A stretch of DNA of 64,000 bases, taken from NCBI RefSeq assembly GCF_009914755.1, contig NC_060932.1; one strand, 5' to 3'. Source of the stretch: the human T2T-CHM13v2.0 reference genome, Homo sapiens. The translations under genes and the position numbers were made by a program. A model generated the notes under the pieces. The model ran no database searches and had not been told where the DNA came from. It saw only the letters and a list, made by a program, of their open reading frames with translations. Shown piece after piece: positions 42,352 through 57,379 of this stretch; position 1 is the stretch's first letter, and the number at the start of each line of letters is the position of its first letter.

Positions 42352-43803
42352 TAATTGGGTAATTTAAAGACTTGTCTCCAGGTTTAGAAATTTTTTCTTC
42401 TGCTTCATCTAGTCTATTGTTGAAACTGTTTATTGTATTTTAAAATTTCATTTATTAAATTCTTCAGTTCCAGGGTTTTTGCTTCATTTTTCTGAATCTA
42501 ACTCTTTGTTAAATTTCTCCTTTAGATCATGAATTGTTTTTCTAATTTCTTTGTATTTTTTATGTTTTTTCATTTCCATCTCATTGAGCTTCTTTTATAT
42601 CATCATTTTGAACTCTTTTTCAATTTTTTCATAGATTTCTTTTTTCGTGGAACCTATTGCTGGAGAATAATTGTGTCCCTTTGGAGATGTCATGTTTCTT
42701 TGTTTCTTTTTCATGTTTCTTCTGTCCTTATGTTCATATCTGCACATTTGGTATAGCAGGTATCACTTCTTCAAATTTTATGAATTGGCTTTCATAGGAA
42801 TATATATTTTCTTATGGACATATCTGTAGAGTACATTGGATATGGTACTTTGGCTTTGATTTTGGGTGGGCTCAATAGTATATACTCCATATGATCTCTT
42901 CAGCTGTTATTGAGTATCAGTGGTATCTAAGTTCTTCGGTGGCTTAGAGTGTGATTGTTAATGAAGGGTGCAGTGGAGCTTTGCTGGGGAGAGGGGTACC
43001 AGGTGGGTCAGTCCTTAGGTATTAGTGGTGGCAGCAGTGATGTGCCAGACCTTGGGCCCTCAAGTAGTGTATGTGGACTCCAGTGGTAAAGAATCTGGGT
43101 GGGCTGATCTTTGGGCCTCCAGGTAACTTGCTTAGGTGCCAGCAGGGGCAATTGTGGACTGGATGGGCAGGCAGGTTCTTAGGCCTCTGGGAAGCAGGCA
43201 TGGCATTGGTGATGGCAGTAGAAGTAGTGGGTACATCTTGGGACCTTCCTGTGGCATACATGGGCACAGTAGTGGCAGCAGTGGACTTGGAAGGCCAGTT
43301 CCCAGGCCTCCAGGTGGCACATGAAGGTGAGTACTGGCGGCAGTGGTGGTGACAGGCTCAGTGGCCTCTCCTCAGCTCACAGGAGGCATTAGTGGGCTCT
43401 GATGGCAGCAGGTGAGGCAGAACAATCCCCAGTCCCCTTGGACAATATACCCAGGCATTGGGAGGGATGCTGCCAACAGGGTGGGTCTTTTCTCAGGCCC
43501 ACTGATGATGTGTGTGGGCATAGGTGCTGGTAGATGGGATATGATAGGTGCAAGTTTTTTTGCATGATTCACTTCATGAGATTGAGGGTGTTTCATTTTT
43601 TTTTTTTTGTAATTTCCTAACAGTATGTTTTTGTTTGCTTATTTTTAATCGGTTATGGGTATTTTTTTTCAAATGCCTTTCTGCCTCAATTTGGATGATC
43701 TTATGGTTTTTCTAATTTAGTCTCTTGATATGGTAAAGTTACATTGACTGATTTTGAATAGTAAACCAATTTTGCATTATTGTGCTAAATTCTACTTGGT
43801 CAT

Positions 43804-44131
43804 TATATATATATGTATATATATGTGTATATATATACACATGTATATATATGTGTATATATATACACATGTATATATATGTGTATATATATACATGTAT
43901 ATGTGTATATATATACATGTATATATATGTGTATATATACATGTATATATATGTGTATATATATACATGTATATATATGTGTATATATATACATGTATAT
44001 ATATGTGTATATATATACATGTATATATATGTGTATATATATACATGTATATATATGTGTATATATATACATGTATATATATGTGTATATATACATATAC
44101 ACACACACACACACACACACACGTATATATA
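43804..44131. repeat. 26-bp-unit minisatellite (CATGTATATATATGTGTATATATATA)n ending in (CA)n
   Basis: CATG recurs with period 26 (e.g. 43992, 44018), with variant units. Confidence 0.95.
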
Positions 44132-44847
44132 TTTGATTTGCTTCTCTATACTCCCAGCTCTGTTTAACTCTGGGTGAATGTTTCTTTTCCTGCCCCACAG
44201 CCTAGAAACTCTCTAGGTTGAAAGCTGAAGTTTAACGTATTTGATTTCTATCTTTCATGCATCACAGAAAAGAAATGCAAAATTTTATTGAGAATGGAAA
44301 TATTGTACATTTTGATTGTGGTGGTAGTGTGGGAAAATTGTGAAAGAATTTTAAATGGATTAAAAGATTGCCGAATTTTCAATGGAACTATGGATTGTTT
44401 AGAGAACATTATTCTGAGTTATTTGGCTGTATAAGGTTTCTGTGACTTTCAATTTTTTAATATATTTTCCAACTCTGTAAGTTGTAGAAAACTACTAATA
44501 GGGGAAATAGTTCTTATTAATAGAAATGGAGACTTGTCTCATGGATAGCAATTGATTATTGCTTTGTGGATATTTACCAGTTTTGATATCTTTTCATTTA
44601 TTAGCAAATTCAGTTTAACATTCCTGATGTGCTCACATGATTTTTGTATTCTCCTTTGAATGGGTATAGTGTGTTTCTGGTTCTCTTATTAATTACTGAA
44701 TTAAATAAAATCTTTGACAAATGTTTATTTTATATTTGTATGGGAGTCATGAATTTACCATTTAAAAGTCATTCTTTATTAGCAGTTACATGTCTGTATA
44801 CAATTGCCAAAACATGTCAGACTGTACAGTTAAAATGGCTGAATTTT

Positions 44848-45142
44848 GGCCGGGCCCAGTGGCTCATGCCTGTAATCCCACCACTTTGGGAGGCAGAGGC
44901 AGGCAGATCATGAGAACAGGAGATTGAGACCATCCTGGCCAACATGGTGAAACTCTGTCTCTACTAAAAATATAAAAATTAGCTGGGCGTGGTGGCACGT
45001 GCCTGTTATCCCAGCTACTCCGGAGGCTGAGGCAGGAGAATTGCTTGAACCAGGGAGTTGGAAGTTGCAGTGAGCCAAGATCACAACTGCACTCCAACCT
45101 GGTGACAGAATGAGACTCCGTCTCAGAAAAAAAAATAAAAAA
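44848..45142 (+). mobile_element. AluSc-like element inside an old L1M 3' fragment
   Basis: gagattgagaccatcctggccaac; TSD GGCTGAATTTT. Confidence 0.95.
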
Positions 45143-45509
45143 GGCTGAATTTTATTTTATGCAGCTTATGCCCCAATAAAACTGGAAACATATTATCTTC
45201 AAGGAAATCTTACAGAAAATAAAGGACTTGCGTTACCATTTCTCTAGAATTTGCTGCTAAAACAGTTGGCTTTTTATGACATTAGCATTTTCAATCTTTC
45301 TCCTTAATTCTTCGAATATTTCTTATTAATAATCTCTTCATGGGACCTGTTTCCCAGCATCAATTCTTTCAATGTTGAATAATTAAAAAACCTCCCTTAG
45401 GTCATCTTCTTACACTAGGTACTTTCCCTAGATGGTCTCATCTCTTTATCAATATATGAAAGTTGACCACTCTGTAACTTAAAAAAGTCATCCTGATAAT
45501 AATTAATAC

Positions 45510-45750
45510 TAATTTAATATTTATTATATCTCATGCATTCTCCTATAAAGATTATGACCTTAACTCACTAAGTTCTCACAATAACTCAGAGGTGCTTTTA
45601 TAATCATCACCACTTTATAGGTAAAGAGTCTATGACCTAAACTTTGTATGCCCTCCACTAAAGTCACAGCAAATAACTGATAAAGATTAGATTTAAATTT
45701 AGATAGTTTCATGCCAGTACCCAGATATTCAACCACTAATCAATACTGCC
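45510..45750 (-). mobile_element. MIR
   Basis: ttctcacaataactcagagg...cactttataggtaaagag...aagtcacagcaaataa. Confidence 0.6.
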
Positions 45751-45959
45751 TTTCATCACCATTCCTGCAATTCCAATCCTAGTTTTTTACTGTCTTCATG
45801 AAACTTTTAAAAATGCCTTTCATTTCTGGTTTCCTGAATTATACCCCTTTCTAAATTAATTAGTATTTATTGTGGTCAAACTCCAACTCTGCCACTGACT
45901 GGTTGGGTTAACTTGAGCATGTCACTTGCCCTCTTGGGGCCTCAGTTCCTTTTTAAAAG

Positions 45960-46150
45960 GATTTAAAATATTTAATTGAAAAATAAGGATTATATATATT
46001 CAAAATGTACAATGTGATTGATACACATATACATTGAATATGAAAATATTATATTAATTATTACAATCAATTAACACATCCATCACCACTCATGCTGTAC
46101 ACTAGATCATCAGAACTTGTTCATAACTGAAGATTTGTACCTTTTGATTA
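45960..46150 (-). mobile_element. L1MA (MA8/9-like) 3' end fragment
   Basis: tttaattgaaaaataaggattatatatattcaaaatgtacaatgtga...cagaacttgttcataactga. Confidence 0.7.
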
Positions 46151-47129
46151 TCTATAACATAATTATTATCATCAGTTTATTACATTCAGCTAAATTAGTC
46201 AACTATAGAAATGGAAAACTGCTTTCAATTGTATCTTTTTGTCAGTGAAAATATTTTTCCATAGGATGGGTTTTATCTGTATTCCATGGCAAGATTTCTT
46301 TTTAATTGAAGGGTAAAAATAAACTATTACACCAAGTTTTTTTTTATATCTAATGTAACCCTTTCTCTTTCATCTATACAAAATAACTTACAAGAATGCA
46401 ATAATTATGGTTATAGAAATGTCATTTACACTGACCCCAATTTTAATCATGTTTTGCTCCTAATTCAACAGGATGATAAAAATGTGTAACTCTTATGGCA
46501 ATGAAGATTTTATGAGCTGTTACTAATTGTTTCAGTCATAAGTTCATGATGTACCATAATTTCCAGTAAAATACAACTTAGACCCTACTATTTAACATGT
46601 GTACAATGTAGTATGATAGTGCTTTTTATAACCTTCAAAAACTGCATGTCACTTGGACTTTAGTGACTCAGTGCCATCTGTTGAGGTTTTGCTGAATGAT
46701 GTAGTGAGCTCTTAAGGGCAGAACCAGGGGAAAAGTCCTGGCTCTTCCACTTCCTTGTTCTGGGATGGAGGCAAATTATTTAACCTCTCCTAGCTTAGCA
46801 CCATGAACTGTTAACTAGAAACACTTTTTTTTAGTAGTCATAATTAGGAACAGATGACATAGTGGATATGAAAACTACAAGTCCAGCCACTAATTAGGTA
46901 TTAGAACCATGCCTCTCTGCTGTTCTTTTAAATAAATGTGATACTAATAGACTATTGTTTAATAAATCTAATGTTTTTATATCATACAACTACAAATTAT
47001 TACGACACCAAATACTGATATTCTACCCTGTCAATTCCTTTTTGGCTTGAGTGTTTTACATATGTTCTCTATTTATACATTGGGAAAACTTTTTAAAAAA
47101 TCTACTTAATTCCATTCTTAACTTTAAGA

Positions 47130-47405
47130 GAGGTGATATAGAGTAGTATTGAGTGTGTAGACTCTGATGCATGCTTCCTGAATTCAAATTATTGATGTGT
47201 CACATATAGCTATGCTACCTTATTCAAGTTAGTACTCTCTCTGTGTCTCAGACTTTTCACTTATGAGACTTAAATAGTTATCAAAATCAAAGGTTTTTAT
47301 GAGAATCAAATGAATTACTACATGAAAAGTGCTTAGGACAGTGCCTGGCATAAAGTACTTATTAGAGGTTATTCTTTCACTATTACTATTATTATTATCA
47401 TTATT
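47130..47405 (+). mobile_element. MIR
   Basis: aagtgcttaggacagtgcctggcata. Confidence 0.8.
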
Positions 47406-49090
47406 AATGAATACAACATTTCATAGAGAGGTAAATTGACTTACCCATGATAACCTTGTTAGTGCTGGGTGAAAACATGTTTTAAACACAAATTTGCTGA
47501 CTCCAAATATGCATTATTTTATCTTTATCTCATGAGATAATTCATCATGCTACATATGATGCTATTTTTTATATATAGCATGGGGGGGGGAAATGTAGAA
47601 ATCAATAAGTTAGTCTTTAATATTACTCTATTACTGACCCAAAATAACATGTTACAACATGGTTATGAATGTAGATATTTCATATAAATATATTATGTAT
47701 TTATTTTATCTAAGTATGTAAACATTTATTGGGCTAAAATAAGTGGAAAATATTGCTCATAAAGATAAATTTCTACTGTGCTAAGAACAGGTAAAATGGC
47801 ATAATGACTTGGTATAAGACTTAATCATGTGAGGCAGAAATGAACTTCAATCAGTTATCTAAAGTGCTGTACATCAAGGCACATGTTTGCTGCATACTTT
47901 GACTAAATGAAAAGCTTATGAGAAACTCAAAAGATGTGGTTACTGGAATTTCTTAACCCACAGTAGTGATTATTCATCCAGATTCTGCATCTTGTAATTT
48001 CTGCTGAGGCAATATCTTTCTCCTTCTGTAACAACCCGTGATTCCAGGGAAATCATTTTCCTTAGTAAGTCACAGGGTGAACTGGAAGAAAGAATTTTAT
48101 AGGTCAAGAACTGACTATCTGTTCTTGGTCACCCTTTGAAGGTAGTGTAAATATAAAACTGTCATTGCTACCTGAATGTCGGGAAAAAATAGAGGCATCA
48201 GGAAATATGGGGAAGGAAACTTTGATTAATAACAAAGATATTATATTTGAACATAATATACTGTACATCAAATTCTGCTTAGAGGGATGAGGCTTGGTGG
48301 TAAAAGTAAGACAATGAGAATTCTCACAGCTATTTTAATAACAAGGAATGAACATATGACATCCAGTACTATACCCAGAGAGTTTTCAGATTTGTTTCCA
48401 GGTGACACAGAGAAAGTGTAATGTAAACACAGCTTCATTAGATCTAATAAAAATATTCAATTCCTTGTCACAATTTCTACATCCAAGTTATTGGATTCTC
48501 CAGCTTGGGGTCACAAACAAAATTTTCTGTAGGAGAATAGATCAGCATTCAGTTACTTCACATGAGCCTGAGGGATGGAGGGTTGAAATCATTTCTTCAC
48601 AGGATGGCCTGTAGGTGTTAGAGGTAATTGGATTTCGCACAATTCAAGTGGCTTTAGGGTAACAATGGTCTCTCATGGATCCACTGAAGATCTTCTGGTG
48701 CATATGACTGGACATGATATTTGTACCTGAATACAAGAAAGTTCGCAAACCAAATACTTATAGCTAGCTGCCAACTTAACTTCGAAGGTTTCATCTTCAG
48801 TGATGACACTTTTAATGAAATGTCAATGCTTTGTTTAAAACTGGATGCTTGTATCATCAAACCCAATGCTCATTCAAATATTTGACTTGCAAAAGATGTT
48901 GGAGGAATTATTTGCAGCCTCAACGAATAATCATGTATTGGAATTTAGCTTGTAATCATTCTATTTTTCTAGTCATTGGTAACCTCTTCCTGGTCTACAA
49001 AACACTGAACCAATTTAGGTGAGGTCTGAACTTCTGCTATTTTAGATATAGCCAGAGTCAGGACATGAATTTCTTTGGGAATTATTTTGG

Positions 49091-49309
49091 AAAATGTTTG
49101 CATGCCTTTGAGGAACAGATTTATTTTAAAATTAGGGTAATATGAAGAGTTGTAACCTATTTCTCAAATCCTCCCCCAAATTTTAATTTTTACCCAACAT
49201 ATGAATTCACGTAATTGAAATAGTTATATAAATCTACATGATTAGATACAAAATACAACATTCCCTGCTACACTCTTTTCCTGAAGGTGATTACACTCAC
49301 CTCATTTTA
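49091..49309 (+). repeat. Direct repeat copy 1; copy 2 is at 51487-51718
   Basis: Shared blocks aaaatgtttg.atgcctttg, agatttattttaa, tatttctcaaatcctccccca, atgattagataca and attacactcac; roughly 80% identity by eye. Confidence 0.9.
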
Positions 49310-50494
49310 ATGAGGTTTAAGGCATAAGGTCATTGTGTAAAGTGGCTGCTAGGATTCTTTTGTTATTTACAGGTAGACAAGAGTAAAGGATGGTTTCTAA
49401 CACATGAAAGTGTGGGTAAACAACCCAAGGGGAGACTAGCGTAAAGATTTATTGTGTCCACTCTACAGTTGTTATGCATTTAGGTTCAAATATTTTACTA
49501 TTATAAATAATGCTATAATATAATATCCTTGTAAAGAAAACATTGCATATTTGTGTATTAATACATCAACGTTTATGATTAATTTCAGAAATTAAATGCC
49601 AATTCAAACAGAATGTATGTTTTCCAATTTTATAGAAAGAAAGTTTAGGCCTGTTTATGTTGTCATCAGTAGTGACTGGGTGTGAATGAGAGTGCTTCTC
49701 TGCAAAGTCTCCAAAATTAAGTGTTATCAATTTTTTAAGTCTTTGCCTATCTAACTGGTAAATGTATTTTGATAAGGGTAAAATGTATTTCATTTTAATA
49801 AAGTTTATATTAGTGATTAAACATTAGGAAGTTTATGTATTTCAATGCTGAAATAGGGTTTCTCAATAGAAAACTATTTAAAGGCAGTCTAACATCCGTT
49901 TAGCTTTCTTGCACCCACACACTAGTGGACTCACCCTACCCTTGTTAAGATTACATTTTAAAAGAAAACCATGACTAATTCCTAATTTGAAAAGCTTACA
50001 CATTAAACATGCAGTCAACCTCTCTTCTTTCACACTCTTACCTTGCTTTGAATCTGTTATATTTGTTGGATATATATAATTCTCATTAATTTGTTCACTC
50101 TTTTTAAGACGGAAATTATATCTCATTAATCTTTTTTTTTAATGAAACATTTTATTCTGGATAATTTTTTTTAACTCCTAGTCATTTCTCTATGTCTAGA
50201 AGTTTTAACAAATTATTTTTATAGTTAAAGTTGACAGATATTTTGCTTTGTAATTTTTTCTCATTACTTTTATATACAAAAGTGTTTCTATCTACAGATT
50301 AGAGAAATTTCACTTGGTTATTTCTTCTAAATTTTAAGTACTACATTGTAATATATAATTTACCTGCAATTTATGTTTTATAATGTATAATGGGAGTATA
50401 ATGGGATAAAGGTATCTATTTTGCTTTTGATTTTTTACAGATAGTTGTATCAGTATCATTTTTAAAATAATGCATGCATTCTTCATTTGTTTGT

Positions 50495-50790
50495 TAGGTC
50501 TCAGCAACTATAGGTGGTCTTTCCACAGCACTTAGGCAACTCGCAGGAGGGTAAGCAGATTTTAAAAGCAAGCATCCTGAAAGCAAACATTCTAAAAGGC
50601 TCAGGTGGAAGCTGCTTGACTTCATAACTTTGGAAGCCAGGTTAAGGAAATCCCAAATCCCACTTTCACTGCCTTCTATAGGCCAAACAAGTCAGTAATG
50701 CCAGGCCAGTCATGAAAGGAACCAAATTAAGCTTTATCTCTCAATATGAAGACTAGAAAATAACTTTTGGCCATTTTTAATTTACCAAAC
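50495..50790 (-). mobile_element. MLT1-type MaLR LTR fragment
   Basis: aggtggaagctgc...ggccaaacaagtca...ggccatttttaatttacca. Confidence 0.6.
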
Positions 50791-52284
50791 CCTGCACTCT
50801 TGCCACATATTGTTTACATTTTCCCCCACATTCTGTGAAGGCTCACCCCTTCCCAAGAGCCTCAGAATGGGATGAGATTCTGATTCATCTTTATATCTTC
50901 CCTAAACCCAGTGTCTCAACACAATGCTCAATACACTTTCGTTATGTAAGCTTTTTGCCTATATGGCTCAGGAGAGTAGGCTTTTTTCTTTGAGCAGATC
51001 TGGATATTTGGCCTGGGCACTATACCTAGCTCTATGTCAGGCAAGAGCTTTTTCTCTGGACCAGTTTTCCTATACATACAACTGGAAAGTTCAACTAGAT
51101 AACAACTAAAGGTTTTTTTTTTTTTTTTAATCTAAAATCCTATAATACTTTGCCTTTTTATTACAAGTGAACAATTTCTGTTTATATTATAAAATAGAAT
51201 TTAAATAATGTTGTCTAATTGCAAAGTTTTACCTAACAAATCTACAGAGTATATTTCCTTTCAAATGCAGTTATTACTTACAAAATGGAAGTTTAGTCAT
51301 CACCTCTCCACAGTGTGTTAGCCCCATCTAGTGAATGATTAATGAATTCTCAAAAGCCAATAGCATATGAACTTTTTTAAAGCTACTGCTGAATCATATG
51401 TCATCTTGTTTCTAGACTTGTAGCAGCCTTTGCTATTTCAGATGTAGCCAAGATTGAAAGAGGAATTGATTGTGAGATTAATTTTAAAAATGTTTGTATG
51501 CCTTTGTAGAATAGATTTATTTTAAGAATAGGGTTACATAAAGAGCTATAATTTATTTCTCAAATCCTCCCCCACGTTTTAATTTTTACTCAACATTTAA
51601 ATGCTTGTAGTTGTAATAGTCAAACAATTCTATATGATTAGATACAGAAAACAGAAATCCATGCCACTCTTTTCCCCTAATTTCTTTCCCTAAAGGCAAT
51701 TACACTCACTTAATTTTAGTTATTTTAATACTTGCTTCTATGCCTGAAATAACATGCTTATTATTACTCCTTGATGTTTTTCAACTTTAAGCCACAGAGA
51801 AGAAGAGGAGTTAATGCTTTTTGTTTTCTTTTCTGAGGATATATCATATATGTGAGTAGAAATTTCGATAACTTTCCTTTCCTGCTCACTTTCCCACCAC
51901 TCCCCAACCGAAACTGTCATGTTTATCATTTGCTTAGTTTTCAATGTGTTTCTCATTAATCCAGTCTCAAATTGGTTATTCACTAAAACCAAGACTGCAG
52001 ACACCTCAGGTATTCTATTTGTTCCATCTTTCTGAACAAATCTTTCTCAAAACTTTCTCACTTGCTCCAATGCTAGTTTGCCCTCCTTGCCTGGGACACA
52101 GCTGTTATCCTGGATTTGCCTGGGAGGTCTTCTCATCTTCTGCCCATGTTGTTGTGTCTCTTGTTTTCTGTATATGTCTTACTGTCTCTAGGTTTAGAGA
52201 GATGAAATGTGCCCTCCAGCAACTTCAAGAGAAAGAATACTTGGGAAATATGTTTTTGAGACTTTGCATCATGGGTACAATGAC

Positions 52285-52685
52285 TTGTTATTCAGCATGA
52301 ATTCCAAATGTCTTTTAGTGTATGGAAAGCTAAAAATCATATTTTCGAGACTTCCACACAGTGGGGTTCTAAAAGTCCTGTAATTTGTACAAATAAGATA
52401 CACTTACACAAATTTCAAATTTATTAATGAGGAATCACCAAGCTTTGTTGGAAAGCACCACTGTGGACAGGTGTATTTTGATCATGGAGGCTTCCTGAGT
52501 GTGGTAACTTTTGAATAGACGAGGAGGTAGTAGTCCTTTGGTGGCCTGGTTTGTTAGCAAAGCTCACAAAGTCATTCCTGAAAGCCCAACATAAAGTCTG
52601 TTTCTTCAGTCATTTGATACCCTGCCATACTAGTTAACACTAACTATGGTTGTCTCTGTTTCCTGCACTGAGCCTTGAATGGGAT
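52285..52685 (+). mobile_element. LTR33-like ERVL LTR
   Basis: ggaaagctaaaaatcatatttt...gtctctgtttcctgcactgagccttga. Confidence 0.5.
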
Positions 52686-52836
52686 ATCTTACAGGTGCAA
52701 GTTTGGTTAGATATAGAATTTTAAATTTAAAATAATTTTTGTGTATATATTTTAGTTTTCTTGCTATGAAATATGAAGCCTTACTAGTCCCTCATCCAAT
52801 GTATGTGACTTTTTTTTCTCCTTTTGTGGAAGCTTA

Positions 52837-54268
<1,432 letters not shown>

Positions 54269-55357
54269 AAAATGAAAGATAAAATGGCTGAGTTAGTCTG
54301 TTTTCTTCCTTCATGCTGGGCAATAGATGGGTCCTTTCAATGTACAAACTCATGGTCTTATTTGTGGAAGATCTCTTAATTGTTTCAGAGAGTATTTCTT
54401 TTCCTCAGTTTTTGCTGTTCATTTGTTTTGGAACTGCTATCTTTTGGCTACTGAAATTTGTGCAATGGTCTGCTGATTTAGTTTTATCTTTTATCTCTTA
54501 TTTTCATCCCCTTTTAAAAACTTTTAAAAAATAACAGGTGTCCTAAATTCTGCCTTTTAACATATGAATATTTTAAAACCTTTTGCTATAATTTTCTTTA
54601 ATTTTCAAGGGCACTTCTTTTTTATTATCTTAATGCTTCATTTTGATAGTATCTGGGTCTAATTTTATTATTATAATATTTTCCTTTTTAATATATGCAT
54701 ACTAACACTTCATGGTCTCTGTTCCCTTTAAATTACCCTTTTCTGTTTTTACTCGGCCTTGATTTTTTCGTAGAGGCTTCCTTCAAGTGTCTCATAATCT
54801 ATGATGCTGCTCGCCTGTAACAGCGAGGAACTTAAAGGCTGGCTGAGGACTTTGAGAACATGATTGGATTTGTTCACTGCGAGCTTTACTACAGGATGTT
54901 CTGGCAGGGCTGTGTAGCCATACTGTACATATTCCTCAAAGCAGAAACTAACTAGTTTTCTTTTGAAGGGCAAATGCCTAGATGTCACTTATTAATAAGA
55001 AATAGTTCTTTTCTCCACAGTCTCTAGAAGGACTGGAAGCTACCAATTCCACAGCACTTTGGTAATTCTGGATGGTAAACTGAGTTGCCCCTTGAAATTC
55101 CTCATTGCAATTTAAGCTTTGGCTTACTCAAATGCATCTGCATTTCGACGTCTAAATCTGTATTACTGGTTTGCCTCTGCTCTCTCCTTTGTGGATTGGC
55201 CTTTTAAAACAATTTCCCTTTCTGAGGAGATTTGGAAAAGAGGAAAAAGAGGTGTGTTCTCAATACTCATAATCCATTTTTAATTTTGGATTTCATTTTT
55301 TTTGTTCTGATATAATTCTTGAGGCAATACACCATTTCATAAGTGAATGCAAGGGTA

Positions 55358-55365
<8 letters not shown>

Positions 55366-55399
<34 letters not shown>

Positions 55400-55409
55400 G
55401 CATATATAC

Positions 55410-55462
<53 letters not shown>
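55366..55462. repeat. Compound STR: (TG)n followed by (TCTA)13
   Basis: (TG)n at 55366-55396; 13 perfect TCTA units at 55411-55462. Confidence 0.97.
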
Positions 55463-55984
55463 GTATCTATCTGATTTGCATGGTCAACTGTGCTGTCAGT
55501 GAATACAGAACAGGAAAGTAGTTTGGGGGAAGGGTTTGTGAGGCTGAGTAGTGATAAAAAAGTAAAAATTAGATAACAAAATAAAATTTACCTCTTTGTC
55601 TTAGCTACTCCCTGTCAGGGACGTAGAGACTTTTGGAAGAAGTTGGTTTTTGTTTTCATTGCCACAAGGGCACAGTTCGATAAATTAGTCCCTCAAAGTA
55701 TTTAAGTATTAAACCTATAAAAATTTACTGAAAGTGTAATTTACTAAATAATTCAGGTGATTTTGAAAAGTAGTGTAGCTTCTTAGAATGTAGCTAGACA
55801 GCAAGAACAATCTACTGCAAAAAACTGTATTTAGGCAGAAGAAGAGGGAAAGTTAAAGTCATGACTAGTTTAAATTTTGTCATAAAAGTATTTTCATATT
55901 TGCCATATAGATAAAGATCTTATGAATCCAGGGAAAAGTAGAATTAGGTAAGACAACTAATGTGGTCATAGTGGGGAAAGAACA

Positions 55985-56270
55985 CACATTTATTTATCTA
56001 TTCCTGTATTTGACAAATATATATTGACACTTATGAGAGATATAACAATGAACTACAATCTAAAAACTTTGCTTTCTACAGGATCATGGCAAACAAACAC
56101 AAACTTATAAGAAGTACAAAAGTGAAAATGTTATGTACATCAATGTGGCCAGGCCAGAGCCCTCTGTGTTGGTGACTGTTTTTACTTAGAAATCCAAAAG
56201 GGATGTGAGGAGAATCCATGTAGATATGTGGGAGAAGAGGAGTCAGGGGAAAAGACACTTTTGTTGATAA
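55985..56270 (-). mobile_element. L2 3' fragment
   Basis: tttgacaaatatatattgacactta...gatataacaatgaac...tagatatgtgggagaagag. Confidence 0.55.
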
Positions 56271-56299
56271 GCCAACTAAAACTAGCTCCAGCAAAACAA

Positions 56300-56930
56300 A
56301 ACAAATAACAAACACAAAATATAAGCCTCCTCAAAATTAGGAGATCCAAAACTTAGGCATGATACAACTAAAAGGAGTCAGTTGATGTCATCAGAAATAC
56401 CTGTTCTCACCATCCCCCCACACCCCTCAATACAACTCTTTTTCTCAGTTTTAGTTTCATTTCCTTTTTTGAGCATGCTTTCTCCATGTAACAATAGGAT
56501 GATCCCTGGTAGACTAGTATGTATATGTATATCATCCTTACACATTGTGATCTTACGGAAAAAGAGCACAGCCCTTATTGGGCCAGAATGTGTGTCAACC
56601 ACTCAAAGGGCTTATGGCTGGCCTTGTTTAGGCCCAGTGCCTGTCCTTGTGTCAACTATGTTCTTCTCATAGTAATGTACTCTGACTGGCTAGCCTGAGT
56701 GACACCCATATCCCTTTTTGTTATTGTTATTATTGTTTTGTTTTAGTAGAGATGAGGTTTCACTATGTTGCCCAGGCTGGTTTCCAGCTCCTGGGCTCAA
56801 GCAATTCTCCCGCCTTGACCTCCCAAAGTGCTGGGATTACAGGTGTGAGCCACCTAACATTCCCAGCCAACATGATTGACAGCTAAAATCTGTTAGAATT
56901 GGGGAGGAATCATTCTTAACAGTTCCCCAA
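56300..56930 (-). mobile_element. MLT1-type LTR fragment interrupted by a FLAM
   Basis: gatgtcatcag...ctctgactggctagcctgagtgacacccatatccct. Confidence 0.5.
56715..56868 (-). mobile_element. FLAM_C (free left Alu monomer)
   Basis: Single monomer: agagatgaggtttcactatgttgcccaggctgg...ctcctgggctcaagc...gtgagccac. Confidence 0.88.
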
Positions 56931-56955
56931 ATTAAGAAAATGCAATGAAGGCTAA

Positions 56956-56983
56956 ACACACACACACACACACACACACACAC
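56956..56983. repeat. (CA)n microsatellite
   Basis: Direct reading. Confidence 0.95.
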
Positions 56984-57379
56984 GATTAAATTTAAGTATG
57001 GACACTTCAAAAGGAAATTGTTGGTGGGACCAACTCTGTTTTTCTAAGACATACTTTGAAAAACATTGTTTGTTTGTAGAGTGATTAGTAGGATTTAATG
57101 TATTGTTATCTTAGGAAGTGACTTCAGCTTTAGAAGCAATGCTAGAAAAGGACTATGCTCTGAAAAATAATAAAAGAAGTCCGCTGGAACTTGGTCCTGG
57201 CCTAATTTCAAGGGAGATGGACAAAGGGGTGATTATAAAGCCTTTATGATGTGCAGCTTACCTTGCTAGATTAAGACTGGGGACCAAGGCCTGAGGAAGG
57301 AATTGAAACTGCACATGGCTGGAGTAGGTTCAGGCAGGATAGGTTCCATTACCTTGAAATAATAAACAGTCCAATTATG

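Larger units (their letters stand above)
39661..43560 (-). mobile_element. Old L1M (endonuclease region, ORF1 and GC-richer 5'UTR) with nested insertions
   Basis: L1 endonuclease-region sequence at 39.7-41 kb; GC-rich 5'UTR-like tract at 42950-43550. Confidence 0.75.

Noticed and set aside
43739-44198. Six overlapping Tyr/Ile-rich ORFs, and a CRISPR-like periodic look
   Set aside because: An RY-alternating minisatellite cannot contain stop codons; there are no unique spacers and the DNA is eukaryotic.
47600-49090. Repeat-poor stretch, like 58900-59900, with scattered motifs such as TTCCAGGGAA; possible enhancer or exon
   Set aside because: Single short motifs are expected by chance, and conservation or chromatin data would be needed.
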